A model generated the notes under the pieces. It searched no databases, had not been told where the DNA came from, and was given only the letters and a program-made list of their open reading frames with translations. Below are positions 25,589 to 37,545 of a stretch of 64,000 bases of DNA, in pieces. Position numbers and translations under genes: made by a program. Numbering within the stretch: position 1 is the first letter of the stretch; each line of letters starts with the position of its first letter. The DNA is from Octopus sinensis (Eukaryota), in the NCBI RefSeq assembly GCF_006345805.1, contig NC_042997.1:155310001-155374000 (forward strand), given 5' to 3'.

Positions 25589-25993
25589 GAAATAACTTTT
25601 ATTCAACTCAAGAAAGACATAAAATTATGGATATACAATCAATAAAGTATGAGGTATACAGTCTCAACAAAGATGATACTGTGTGAGGTAGGGTACGGAG
25701 AATGCTTATGATTTTACTGATCTTCGTTTTTGTGCTGCATAGTTATGAAGGGGTATAGTGCATGCATAAAACTAAAGACCAGGTTGCATGGAAGATACCT
25801 GATAAATATGAAGAAAGTATCCAAAAATTTCCCAAATGTTACCAATGCTAGGATGGAAGTAAATTATGAAGTGTGGAAAATAAGCAGTGGGGGTTAAATG
25901 CCTTTAATATATGATGTACCATCAAATAAAGTGGTGAAGCTTGATGAACAGAATAAAAATAAAATAATGAAAGAATTTTTAAAATAATGAAAA

Positions 25994-26501
25994 TCTATAT
26001 ATATAAAGAACTCTAGTTGTGTGAGTGTCTGTCCCCTTCGATTTAGATTCCTAACTCCTCCCACATTTTGCGGTGCAGTTTAACCAAATTCGGGTATCTT
26101 ATAGTCGTGATTCATATCGAGCCCGTCTGACTATTAGCGAGCGTCAACGATGAGTCTACGATTTTAAAAATAATTTAACATCATTTTTTATTCCATTTTA
26201 ATGCATAAAATGCATCGTATGTCGATGGCGGCGGAGTTGGCGTCCACGCTCACAGCTGCACCTGTTTGCTTCTTCCCCTTCCCTCCCTCGTGAAGCTGTG
26301 GGGAAGGGAGTGTAAAGAAATCAACGTCGTAATGCATTGTGAAGGAAACCAGCGTTCTTTTAGAACAACGACTTCATGGCTTGAAGACACCAAAACAAAA
26401 ATGGCTAAGAAAGCCCGAATTTATAAGGGAAGTAACTCTCTAAAAATGCTTATATAGTTATTTCCCTTACAAATCCGAGCAACGCCGGGCGATACTGCTA
26501 G
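25994..26501 (+). mobile_element. Non-autonomous Helitron copy A
   Basis: A|TCTATATATATAAA start; 3' hairpin (T/C)CCGAGCAACGCCGGG followed by CGATACTGCTAG. Confidence 0.9.
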
Positions 26502-27018
26502 TATATATATATAAAACTGTAGTTGTGTGAGTGTCTGTCTCCTACGATTTAGATTCCTAACTCCTCCCACATTTTGCGGTGCAGTTTAACCAAATTCGGG
26601 TATCTTATAGTCGTGATTAATATCAAGCCTGTCTGGCTATTAGCGCGCGTCTACGATGAGTCTACGATTTTAAAAATAATTTAACATCATTTTTTATTCC
26701 ATTTTAATGCATAATTTTTCGTGTGTCGATGGCGGCGGAGTTGGCGTCCACGCTCAAACACCTGCACCTGTGTTTGCTTCTCCCCCTTCTTCCCTCCCTC
26801 GTGAAGCTGTGGGGAAGGGAGTTTAAGGAAATCAACGTCGTAATGCGTTGTCAAGGAGACCAGCGTTCTTTTAGAACAACGACTTCATGGCTTGAAGACA
26901 CCAAAACAGAAATGGCTAAGAAAGCCCGAATTGGCATCTATAAAGGAAGTAACTCTCTAAAAATGCTTATATAGTTATTTCCCTTACAAACCCGAGCAAC
27001 GCCGGGTGATACTGCTAG
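26502..27018 (+). mobile_element. Non-autonomous Helitron copy B, head-to-tail behind copy A
   Basis: Starts immediately after A's CTAG (TA instead of TC); ends with hairpin + CTAG|T. Carries the 83-codon internal ORF. Confidence 0.9.
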
Positions 27019-27853
27019 TATAGAATAAAAGGATAAATGAAATGGTCAAGAATAAGAAAAAGGAAGGGAAGAGGCAAATATTTAAGAGTGAGGATTGGGT
27101 GGAGTTAAGAAAGAGAGGGAAATAGGAGAAAGTTGTAGCCTTTGAGGGTAAACATAGTAGGCACAGTTAAAGTTTGTTGCTTACTACTTCACAGTAAATA
27201 TACACATTTGCGTACCTATGCATATACGCGCATACTCACTTCATGCCTATAGTATCAACATAAGTATGCACGCGTGCAAAGGATGTATGTATGTCTACTG
27301 CGACAGACGGTTGTCTCGTCCAGCGGGAATGTGTCGCAGAATCTTGGAAACTGGTCTTACGAGCTTATGGCTTGAGAAGGACATACGATTTACATATATG
27401 CACATACATACATACATACATGTTCTAAATTCCAAAACATTCAGGGACTCCAGAAAGCAACACTGAAGAAAGAGCCATGTATTGTATCTATGTATCAAGA
27501 CACACATACAAACATATGGGGAATTCTTTTGGTTTATGATGGAAATTTTGAAAAAGAGAAATTGATAAGAACCCTAACCTCTATATATCTTAAATAAGGA
27601 ATCACTCTTCGGGGAAAAAAATTCGGTTTTTGAAGAAACCATCCTGTTTTATTTCTCTATTTATCTATTTAAAATCGTAAATTTTATTGTTGAAAACATA
27701 GAGGTTCGACGAAACATGTGAATGGAGAATACAAGGAAAGAAAAAGCAAAGAAGCTGTTGTGTGCTTTTATTGTCAAACAATATTTCTCTGAGTATGTAT
27801 ATGTGTGAGAAGAGATGTTTACGTTGCTTCAGCGAACTCTCTGTTATGTATTA

Positions 27854-28361
27854 CTAGCAGTATCGCCCGGCGTTGCTCGGGTTTGTAAGGGAAATAACTA
27901 TATAAGCATTTTTAGAGAGTTACTTCCCTTATAGATGCCAATTCGGGCTTTCTTAGCCATTTCTGTTTTGGTGTCTTCAAGCCATGAAGTCGTTGTTCTA
28001 AAAGAACGCTGGTCTCTTTGACAACGCATTACGACGTTGATTTCCTTACACTCCCTTCCCCACAGCTTCACGAGGGAGGGAAGAAGGGGGAGAAGCAAAC
28101 ACAGGTGCAGGTGTTTGAGCGTGGACGCCAACTCCGCCGCCATCGACACACGAAAAATTATGCATTAAAATGGAATAAAAAATGATGTTAAATTATTTTT
28201 AAAATCGTAGACGCGCGCTAATAGCCAGACGGGCTCGATATTAATCACGACTATAAGATACCCGAATTTGGTTAAACTGCACCGCAAAATGTGGGAGGAG
28301 TTAGGAATCTAAATCGAAGGGGACAGACACTCACACAACTAGAGTTTGATATATATATAGA
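27854..28361 (-). mobile_element. Non-autonomous Helitron copy C, about 110 bp upstream of PECR exon 1a
   Basis: Minus strand A|TC...hairpin...CTAG|T with no TSD. The empty site is visible in the paralogous segment at about 41181-41200. Confidence 0.92.
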
Positions 28362-28468
28362 TATAATTAAGCAACCACCAGCCAAAACATAATTTAAAGT
28401 TGCACTGAAAAGTGTTAGGAGTTATCTGTCCCTTTACTTATTGTCGTATTAAAGTTCTAAATATCCGA

Positions 28469-28580
28469 ATGGCACCAAACAGTATATTCCGGCCAAACCT
28501 TTTCAAACATAAAGTAGCAATTGTTACCGGTGGTGCTACTGGACTAGGTTTAGCAATCACAACGGAACTATTGCATTTAG
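28469..28580 (+). CDS. PECR: Peroxisomal trans-2-enoyl-CoA reductase-like SDR, coding exon 1, intact copy (MAPNSIFRPNLFKHKVAIVTGGATGLGLAITTELLHL-G)
   Basis: Rossmann VAIVTGGATGxG motif; TTAG|GTATGG phase-1 donor matches the phase of exon 2 at 44592. Confidence 0.88.
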
Positions 28581-29825
28581 GTATGGATTTTAGAGAGGTG
28601 TTTTCACATTGGGTTTTATTATTGTCAGTACGGTGTTATGAGTAATTGCTGTTTTTTACCTTCTAGTTTTTATCCTCCTCCCTTTTTTATTGATTTCAGT
28701 CATTGGAACGTGATTACGCTGGAGCGTTACCTTCAAATTATTTATTTAGTATTTTATTCAGTATTTATATCTGTCGCTATGTCGAACTATGTACTAAGTT
28801 TCTTTATTTAAAGACACCATACAGTTAATGCTTATTAACATATCGTATATACTCGGTTATAAGTTGCACTTTACTCCCCTGAAATTTTCACCTTAAGTTG
28901 GGGGTGCGACTTATACTTGGAATAACCAAAAAGGATAAAGTATTACATTATAAACAATGGTTTCTAAAGTGCTGGACTGGGGCTAATGCAATTTCGCACC
29001 TCTCCTTAAAAAATGCATTTTTTGAATAACTTTTTTCGAATTCCTACGTTTTAGATGTCGAAAAAGCAAAAAAAAAAAAAAAAAGATTAACCCCCAACCC
29101 TAACCCTTACACCTTAACCCCGTAAAGTTCTTTTCTTTTTTATATATATGTGGGGTTAGGGTTAGGGGAAAAGGGTTCCTTTTTTCTTCAGAAATGTAAA
29201 TAAACCCACGGTACTTGTACCGAAAGATCGCCGTCAATTTTTTTGCAGGTTCGTATTCTCCAAAGCCGAAAACGGGGGTTTGTGTAGAAAAAAAATTAAA
29301 TAAAAAGGGGTGTTTTTAGGGGGAGGATACAAAAGGAAGTCTTGCTGCCGCCACATTTAGTTGACAAATATATTTTATGAATAAATGGACAGGGAATAAA
29401 TAGATAGACAGACAAATAAATAGATAGATGAAAAAAACTTCAGAATTTAAAATTGGGGGAGGGGTGAAATTTGAGCCTCTTTTTAAACTTTGGTATTCCT
29501 TCGTTTTAACTCGATTTTTGTAAACATACTTCTCGGTAATTTCCGTGAACACGTGTTGTCTTGTCAACAGTCAGTTGACAAAATATGAAGAGAAAGCTAA
29601 TGGGTTGTATGTGCGTGGATTGTTCCCCTGTCTATGTGTACGTGCTTGTTCTTTGTGTGTGTGTGTGCATGGATGCGTGCTTACACGGAGGAACAAGCAT
29701 GCACACACAAAGAACAAGCACGTACACACAGAGGAACAAGCACGCATGCACACACACACAGGGGAACAAGCATGTATACACAGACATTGGAACAAGCACA
29801 CATGCACGTACAACCTATTAGCTTA

Positions 29826-30565
29826 GTGAACGTGACCTGGGTGTTATTGTCGACAGTGATTTGCGTTGGACAAAACACATCGCTAAAATTGTCAAGAAGG
29901 CTGAGGGTGTCTTGGCATCACTCACCAAATCCTTTGTGAGCCGCTCTCCGGCTATCTATCTCCGGCTTTATATAGCTATGGTAAGACCTCACCTGGAATT
30001 TGCATCACCGGTCTGGAACCCCTATCTTGCCCAGGATATCAATCGTCTGGAAGCTGTTCAGCGACGTGCAACCAAAAGAATACCCTCCATCAGGCATTTA
30101 CCATATCCTGAACGCCTTACTTCCCTGGGCATGGACACATTGAAACTCCGACGTCTGGCAGCTGACTTGGCAGACTCACATAAAATTATCAACCATCGCA
30201 CAAACAATAACTCTGAGCACCTTTTCAAACTCCACCCATCTAACACCCGTGGACATATTTACAAAGTCAGAAAACAGCACAGCTCCCATGACATCAGGAA
30301 ACATTTTTTCACGCTGAGAGTTGCTGAAGCATGGAACAAACTGCCGGCATCAGTTGTTAGTTGTCGGAGCATTGCATCCTTCAAAACTTCCATGTTTCCT
30401 GAGATTCGCCAACACTACACTTGATTTTCTCCCCTCCATACACACACAAGCATGTATCTGACTCATACATTGTTCACTTTCCAGACATTTCTACATTACT
30501 GTATGCACTTTCTGACAAGTTGTGGTGCACCTGAGCACTATACAATTAATTTCATTATTATTATT
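29826..30565 (+). mobile_element. CR1-clade LINE 3' fragment (open ORF2 C-terminus + 3'UTR)
   Basis: ORF 29861-30424 is nearly identical to the C-terminal half of ORF 20469-21560; (ATT)n tail. Confidence 0.95.
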
Positions 30566-30869
30566 CTTCCCATTTCGTCAACTGACAGTTGACAAGACAA
30601 CACATGTTCACAGAAATTATCAAGAAGGATGTTTACAAAAATCGAGTAAAAACATTAATGTTTGTTTCTCATGAAATAGTGTATATTTAGAGCAGTTGTA
30701 TACTGTCAACTTAATGTGACAGTCCCATAAAGGGAATCACACCACTGCTATTTAGCCCTAGGAAGTATCAACGCTTCCTGTCGGCCATGACAAATTTCCT
30801 GTGTCCTTATGTCTACAAAGGGGAGACAAGCATCTCCATCCAGCTAAGCCTGCATCCAGAGACATGTTG

Positions 30870-33800
30870 ACACGTTGAGGTGGTACTTCAGTAGCATGGC
30901 TTCAATGCTGGGGATCTCGGCCTGCTTCAAGACATCAATGTTTGTGACAAAGTCACTCCAGTGAATGTTGAGGATGGTGTGGAGACATTGCTGGTGGAAG
31001 CGCTCGAGGAGACGGATGTGACTGCGGTAAGTGATCCAGGTCTCCTAGCCGTAGAGAAGAGTGGTGAGAACCACGGCCCTGTAGACACTGATCTTTGTTT
31101 TGTTCTTCAGGCCACCATTGTGCCAAACATGTTCGTACAATCTGCCAAAGGAGCTATTTGCCTTAGAAAGTCTATTGTTAATTTCCTTGTCAATCCTTGC
31201 ATCGGATGAGATGATGCAGCCCAGGTATGGTACTGCAGATAGTGATGTGGGGTGGGCGGTATACTTCTTGGGGTGTAGGTTGGTGAAGTACTTCCGTCTT
31301 CTTGAGGCTGACCTCCAGGCCAAAGAACTGCAAGGCGTCTGCAAAGCAGGACATGATGTGCTGCAGAGCTTGCTCTGTGTGGGTGACAAGGACAGCGTCG
31401 TCTGCAAAGAGAAGGTCTTGAATCAACCTCTCCTGGGTCTTGGTGTGGGCTTGGAGGCGCCGTAGATTGAAGAGACTGCCATCTAGACAATACCTAACAT
31501 ACACCCATCCTCATCCTCCATATCTTCAGTTGCATGCTTGATCATCATGCTGAAGAGAGTCGGTGCCAGGACGCAACCCTGCTTCACGCCGTTGGAAATG
31601 TGGAAGGGCTCTGACAGATCAGCATTGAGTCTGATCTGACCACACTGATTCTTGTGCAGTTGGATCACCATCTGTAGAAACTTGGTGGGACAGCCAAGTC
31701 GTTCCAGGATGAGCCATAGTCCTGTCCTGCTCACTGTGTCAAATGCTTTTGTAAGATCGGCGAAAGTAGCATAGAGCCCCCTGTTTTGTTCTCGGCACTT
31801 CTCCTGGAGTTGGCGGAGGATGAACACCATATCCGTTGTGCCTCCGTTGGCCCTGAAGCTACACTGGCTCTCGGGGAGGTTTTTTTCAGCGATGGTTGGT
31901 ACTAGCCTATTGAGCAGGATCCTGGCAAGTACTTTGCTGGCGATGGAGAGTAGGGTGATTCCCCGGTAATTGGAGCAGTCCGACTTTTCACCCTTGTTCT
32001 TGTACAGGATTATGATGATGGCGACGCGAAGATCCTGTGGCAGCATGCTCTGGTCCCAGCAGCAGACAAAATCATGGAGCATTGGACCTCCATTCTTCCA
32101 GATTTCTGGTGGGATGCTGTCAACTCCTGCTGCTTTGCGACTCTTGAGTTTTCCTATGGCTTCAATCGTTTCTTCGAAGGTGGGTGGTTTGTTGAGCTCC
32201 TCTTTGAGTAGAAGTTGAGGAATGCGAAGGATGGCAGCATCCTGTACAGTACGGATAGCACTGAAGAGGCTTTGGAAGTGCTTGGACCAGCGAGCGAGAA
32301 TGGAGGTTTTATCGGTGAGGAGGTCCTGTCCATCTGAACTGCGTAGGGGACTCTGGACCAGGTGGGTGGGACCATACACTGCTTTCAGAGCCTCATAGAA
32401 GCCTCTATAGTCTCCGAGGTCAGTGCACAGCTGTGTTCTCCACACCAGGTGGTCCCACCACTTGTTCTGCATTTCTCAGGGTGCTGCATGCGTACCGAAA
32501 GGCAGTTTTCTTCACAAGACAGGCTGCTTGTGCGAAGTGGGCCTGATGAGCTGCCCTCTTCCTTGCTAGTAACTCCTGGATCTCCTTGTCATTTTTATCG
32601 AACCAGTCCTTGTTTTTTTTTTTTGTGTGCCCAAGAACTTCCATAGATGTCTTAAGGATGGCTGATTTCAGGTCCTCCCACAAGGTGTCTAGGGTAGTGT
32701 CATCAGTGCAGGGGGATTCGTCTAGTTTTTGCTGCAGGTTTGCTTGGAACTTGATTTTCACTTCCTCCCAGCACAAGCTGTTGACATTGAGTTTCTTTAT
32801 GGGGTTACCTTTCTTCTTGGGTTTGGGTTTGAACTGCAGTTTGGGCTTGCAGCGGACAAGGCGATGGTTGGTGTGGAACTCTGCCCTGGGCATCACTCTT
32901 GTGTGTAGAACGTCTTTCAGGTCCTGCTGGCGCACAAGCACATAGTCAAGTAGATGCCAATGTTTGGACCGGGGATGCATCCAAGTTGTTTTCAAACGAT
33001 CTTTCTGTTGGAAGATTGTGTTGGTAATAGCAAGTTGGTGCTCTGTGCAGAACTCAAGCAAGAGGTGCCCGTTGTCATTACAGCCACCAATACCGTGTCT
33101 TCCAAGGACTCCTTTCCAAGACTCAGAGTCCTTCCCAACTCTTGCGTTGAAGTCGCCAAGGACCAGGGCTGTTGTTCAAGAGTCTGCGCAGATCAGAATA
33201 GAAGCTGTCTTTGTCCACGGGATCTGCCAGAAGAGTTGGAGCATAAAGACTGAAGAAAGTGAGATGTTGTTTGCTCTCCAGTGGTAGGCGCATGGATATG
33301 ATGCGGTCTGAGTGGCCCGTGGGTAACGTTTCCAGTTTGGAGGTGATGGAATTCCTCACCGAGTCCTACACCCGACACACGTTTTTCAGATGATGGTTTT
33401 CCGGACCAGAAGAGAGTGTAGCCAGCGCTGCGTTCTTTGAGGCTGCCCTCGTCAGCAAAGCTGTAGCCAGCGCCGCGTTCTTTGAGGCTGCGCTCGTCAG
33501 CGAAGAGGACCTCGCTGAGAGCTGCTATGTCAATGTTGAGACGGGAGAGTTCATGGGCTATGAGAGCCAAACGACGTTCCCGGTGGCTGCTGTCAGCCTT
33601 GTCAAGCATGGTCCTGACATTCCAGCAGGCAACTTTCAACTCCTGCTTACTTTTCTTTGGTTTTGTTTCCATGTTTGTTCGATCGCTCTGAAGATGCCCG
33701 TTAACCGCGGTTAGCCAACTGGGTATAGAGGAGACGAGCTTTGTTTAGGCGAACCTTTTCTACTGCCCCTCTCCATGTGGAGCAGGCAGTGCTCTCCCTA

Positions 33801-34525
33801 AATAGGGCTGCCTGGTCGCTCAGGATGCTGCCGAGTGGTATCGTTGCCTCCGGTCGACAACCAGGCGACCAAAGTCCTAAGCTGCCTACATATAGGGTTG
33901 AGACTACGGCTTCCAGTGACATCTTCCACCTGCCGCTTTCGCCCCTTTCCCATCGCTGCAGGGCTTTTAGGATGGCTGGTCACAGAACATGGACATATCC
34001 TTTGGCTTGCACTAGGGAGTTTTTTAAGGTGAAGTGCAGTGCGCACAAATTGGCCCTACCCTTTAAGCATGAGGTTCATCTGCCATGGCCTAGCGAGCTG
34101 GGACAGTGACAACGAGATCCTCGGGCCGTAGGTTTGAAGTCGGAGTTCCTCTCCTAGGAGGGTTGCCAACCATGGCTGACGAGCCCCTCCTGCCCATGCC
34201 ATTCAAACCATGGCGAAAGAGAGAAAAGGATCCATGGTTTTCAGTAGGCGTATACTACCCGGTTGCCTAGGCCGGAGTAGGGGGTTAGCTTAGGAGACCC
34301 CGTCCGGAGCCTTTGACTAAAATGTCTATTTACAAGGCCGCAGAGCATTGGATGGCCGTTGACTACGCTGTAGTTCTTCGTCCCGTTGACAGGTCCTTAT
34401 TTTTGTTTTGTCCTGCGGGTGTCCAGCAAACACCCGCCTCACTGAGCAAGCCTGGTGGGGTTGCCAGTTTAGTCGCCGACGACCCGACCATGTAACAGGT
34501 TGTACTGGACTACATGGTACCAGTA
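30870..34525 (-). mobile_element. Near full-length RTE (BovB-like) LINE: long 5' leader, AP-endonuclease and RT, disrupted by frameshifts and stops
   Basis: EN motifs [38 protein letters not shown] motifs NYRGITLLS, DLTKAFDTVSR, GVKQGCVLAPTLF, LFADD, YLG, TTLLYG. ATG at 33672. Confidence 0.93.
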
Positions 34526-34536
34526 GTTGACAAATA

Positions 34537-35053
34537 TCTATATATATAAAACTGTAGTTGTGTGAGTGTCTGTCTCCTACGATTTAGATTCCTAACTCCT
34601 CCCACATTTTGCGGTGCAGTTTAACCAAATTCGGGTATCTTATAGTCGTGATTAATATCGAGCCCGTCTGGCTATTAGCGCGCGTCTACGATGAGTCTAC
34701 GATTTTAAAAATGATTTAACATTATTTTTTATTCCATTTTAATGCATAATTTTTCGTGTGTCGATGGCGGCAGAGTTGGCGTCCACGCTCAAACACCTGC
34801 ACCTGTGTTTGCTTCTCCCCCTTCTTCCCTCCCTCGTGAAGCTGTGGGGAAGGGAGTTTAAGGAAATCAACGTCGTAATGCGTTGTCAAGGAGACCAGCG
34901 TTCTTTTAGAACAACGACTTCATGGCTTGAAGACACCAAAACAGAAATGGCTAAGAAAGCCCGAATTGGCATCTATAAAGGAAGTAACTCTCTAAAAATG
35001 CTTATATAGTTATTTCCCTTACAAACCCGAGCAACGCCGGGCGATACTGCTAG
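34537..35053 (+). mobile_element. Non-autonomous Helitron copy D (first in a three-element array)
   Basis: A|TCTATATATATAAA start, hairpin + CTAG end; internal ORF identical in translation to copy B. Confidence 0.92.
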
Positions 35054-35450
35054 TCTTTATATATAAAAGAGAAGTTGTGTGTCTGTTTCCTACGATTTAG
35101 ATTCCTAACTACTTCCACATTTTGCGGTGCAGTTTAACCAAAACCGGGTATCTTATAGTCGTGATTCATATCGAGCCCTTCTGAGTATTAGCGCGCGTCT
35201 ACGATGAGTCTACGATTTAAAAAAAAATTTACCATAATTTTTTTCCATTTTAATGCATTTTTTCGCCATTATATAAGGGAAGTAACTCTCTAAAATGTCT
35301 ACGATGAGTCAATGATTTAAAAAAAAATTTACCATCATTATTTTTCCATTTTTAATGCATTTTTTTGCTATTTTTTGGCTATAACTCTCTAAAAATGCTC
35401 ATATAGTTATTTCCCTTTCAAACCCGAGCAACGCCGGGCGATACTGCTAG
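35054..35450 (+). mobile_element. Non-autonomous Helitron copy E (different subfamily, no GC-rich cargo, internal duplication)
   Basis: TCTTTATATATAAAAG start and the same hairpin + CTAG end; the interior repeats the ACGATGAGTC...TTTACCAT...AATGCATTTTT block. Confidence 0.88.
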
Positions 35451-35627
35451 TCTATATATATAAAACTGTAGTTGTGTGAGTGTCTGTCTCCTACGATTTA
35501 GATTCCTAACTCCTCCCACATTTTGCGGTGCAGTTTAACTAAATTCGGGTATCTTATAGTCGTGATTAAAAGAACGCTGGTCTCCTTGACAACGCATTAC
35601 GACGTTGATTTCCTTAAACTCCCTTCC
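35451..35627 (+). mobile_element. Truncated, rearranged Helitron copy F
   Basis: Normal 5' end to about 35568, then about 59 bp of the cargo in inverted orientation; no 3' end. Confidence 0.8.
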
Positions 35628-35750
35628 CCTGGAAACACTGCCAGATCAGACTGGAGCCTGGCGCAGCCACCTGGCTTCCCAGACCCCCATCGAACCGTCC
35701 AACCCATGCTAGCATGAAAAACGGACATTAAACAATGATGATGATGAACC

Positions 35751-36155
35751 TCTGCCCAAACTGTGTATGTACTGACTTGAAATCTTACAGTGCATTTCAA
35801 AGTGTAATATCCTGCATAAAAATTGATTTAATCTCTGCTTGTATCTTTCAGTGTATCCTGCTTTTGTATGTGTTGCACACCTACCCGATTATTATCTCAA
35901 ATGCACTTCTGCCTGAATTGTGTATGTCCTGCCATGAAATCTTACAGTGCATTTCAAAGTGTAATATCCTGCATAAAAATTGATTTAATCTCTGCTTGTA
36001 TCTTTCAATGTATCCTGCTTTTGTATGTGTTGCACACCTACCCGATTATTATCTCAAATGCACTTCTGCCTGAATTGTGTATGTCCTGCCATGAAATCTT
36101 ATAGTGTATTTCAAAGTGTAATATCCTGCATTAAAATTGACTTAATCTTTATCTG
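35751..36155. repeat. 157-bp tandem repeat, about 2.5 units
   Basis: GAAATCTTA(C/T)AGTG recurs at 35779, 35936 and 36093. Confidence 0.9.
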
Positions 36156-36959
36156 TTTGTATTGTTTTTCCTTTTGTTTACATCGTGTACATGCCTTGTT
36201 ATGGATTACGTTAGGGTTAGAGCTATGGTTTAGAATTAGGATTAGATAACATACTAAAGTGTAAATGGCCATGTATGCTGTATGCTAAAGTGGCACTAAA
36301 GATTAATTGAAACAGATTACCTATCAGAAATTAAGTCATGGAAAGGTTAGCAGCATCAATATACTTTACTTCACATTTCTATGTTTCTGAGGGCAATAAA
36401 ATAAAATACTAGATAAGAAAGTACTGGGTCAATATAGTTGACTAATTGTGTCCTCCTATAAAATTTCTTGCTTTGTGCCTTTGCTAGAAATTCTTGTTAG
36501 TACTATTATATAGTGCAAGCAAGAGAAAAAATGCAGGCTTTCCCAAACTGTTAATGTGAATGTAGATGGTGTTTTTTTTATTTTCAAATTCTGTAAATTA
36601 ATGTCTGAAGAAAAAGAGATTCCTTGTAGAGGTTGCCATTCTGGAGAGAAATGATTGGATAAAATATTTAGTATAAGGTTTGAGTTGTGATGTGGGCTCA
36701 GTTTGGTATAGTATACAGCTTATTAATTCACAGAATTAGCAGAGGCTGTTTTTTCTTTTTTTTTTTAGTTTCTTCTCTGTTTTATTTGAACAATTTGGCT
36801 GGACAAAGCGGCTGTATCCTTGTCTTTTGCATTCTTTCTGAGACGAAAGGCAAGAGCTGTGCCTATGGTCTTTGCAGACTACTCAAAACTAATAAGATTG
36901 ACACAGTTGATCTTGAATAATATCATGTTGATGGCTGCTGAAGAAAAAATATGGGCACT

Positions 36960-37545
36960 GGAATTTCATAAGGCTGATAATCTGGTAAGAAAGGATTTAA
37001 TGCTTGGTTTGCAGGTGAAATACAACCTACTTGGGTCAAAGAGACACACAACATCAATTATATAACGCATGTTGTTCACCTTTGCCACTAACACTAGATT
37101 CAGCTTGTTATACTCTAGCACTTGATCTATTTGGATTGGGAAATCCCACAGGATTTTGCAGGTCTCCAGCACCACCACTCTCTGTGGTTTGTGTTCATAA
37201 CATGTCTTGCCTTTTTTTGGACCTTACTTTTCACATAGTTTCCAGTGTAGCACTTTCACTACCTCATTGTGTCGCTACATCTTATAGTGGTTTTGAGCAA
37301 GTCTAGGGTATTTGTTCACAATACAGGCAATGATTTCGTCCACTCTATTACAGATACACTACAGTGGAGATGCTTGCTCATTCCTACAGTTGGCACTCCA
37401 ATTTGAGGCCAAAGCTTGGTCTTGTGCTGCCACTTTGGTGCTCTCAGTCTCTTTTTTCAGTGCTTCTTTCTTCAGCCAAACCCATCAATTTTTTCCAGCA
37501 ACTTCTGTTGTAGCGGCATGAAATTGATCATGTAGACCCTTACCA
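36960..37545 (-). mobile_element. R4/Dong-like RLE LINE remnant (zinc-knuckle + restriction-like endonuclease region)
   Basis: Degenerate WVWLKK..LKKETE...AAQDQAL, RHNEVVKVLHWKLCEK, YEHKPQRV..KILWDFPIQ.D...IIDV. Confidence 0.8.

Noticed and set aside
28412-28468. N-terminal extension of ORF 28412-28645 upstream of the PECR ATG, and its read-through past 28580
   Set aside because: Non-ATG start; not conserved in the exon-1 paralog; the frame runs into the intron.
33701-34109. ORFs in the RTE leader that could be an ORF1
   Set aside because: RTE-clade elements usually lack a long ORF1; these are short GC-rich frames with no recognisable motifs.
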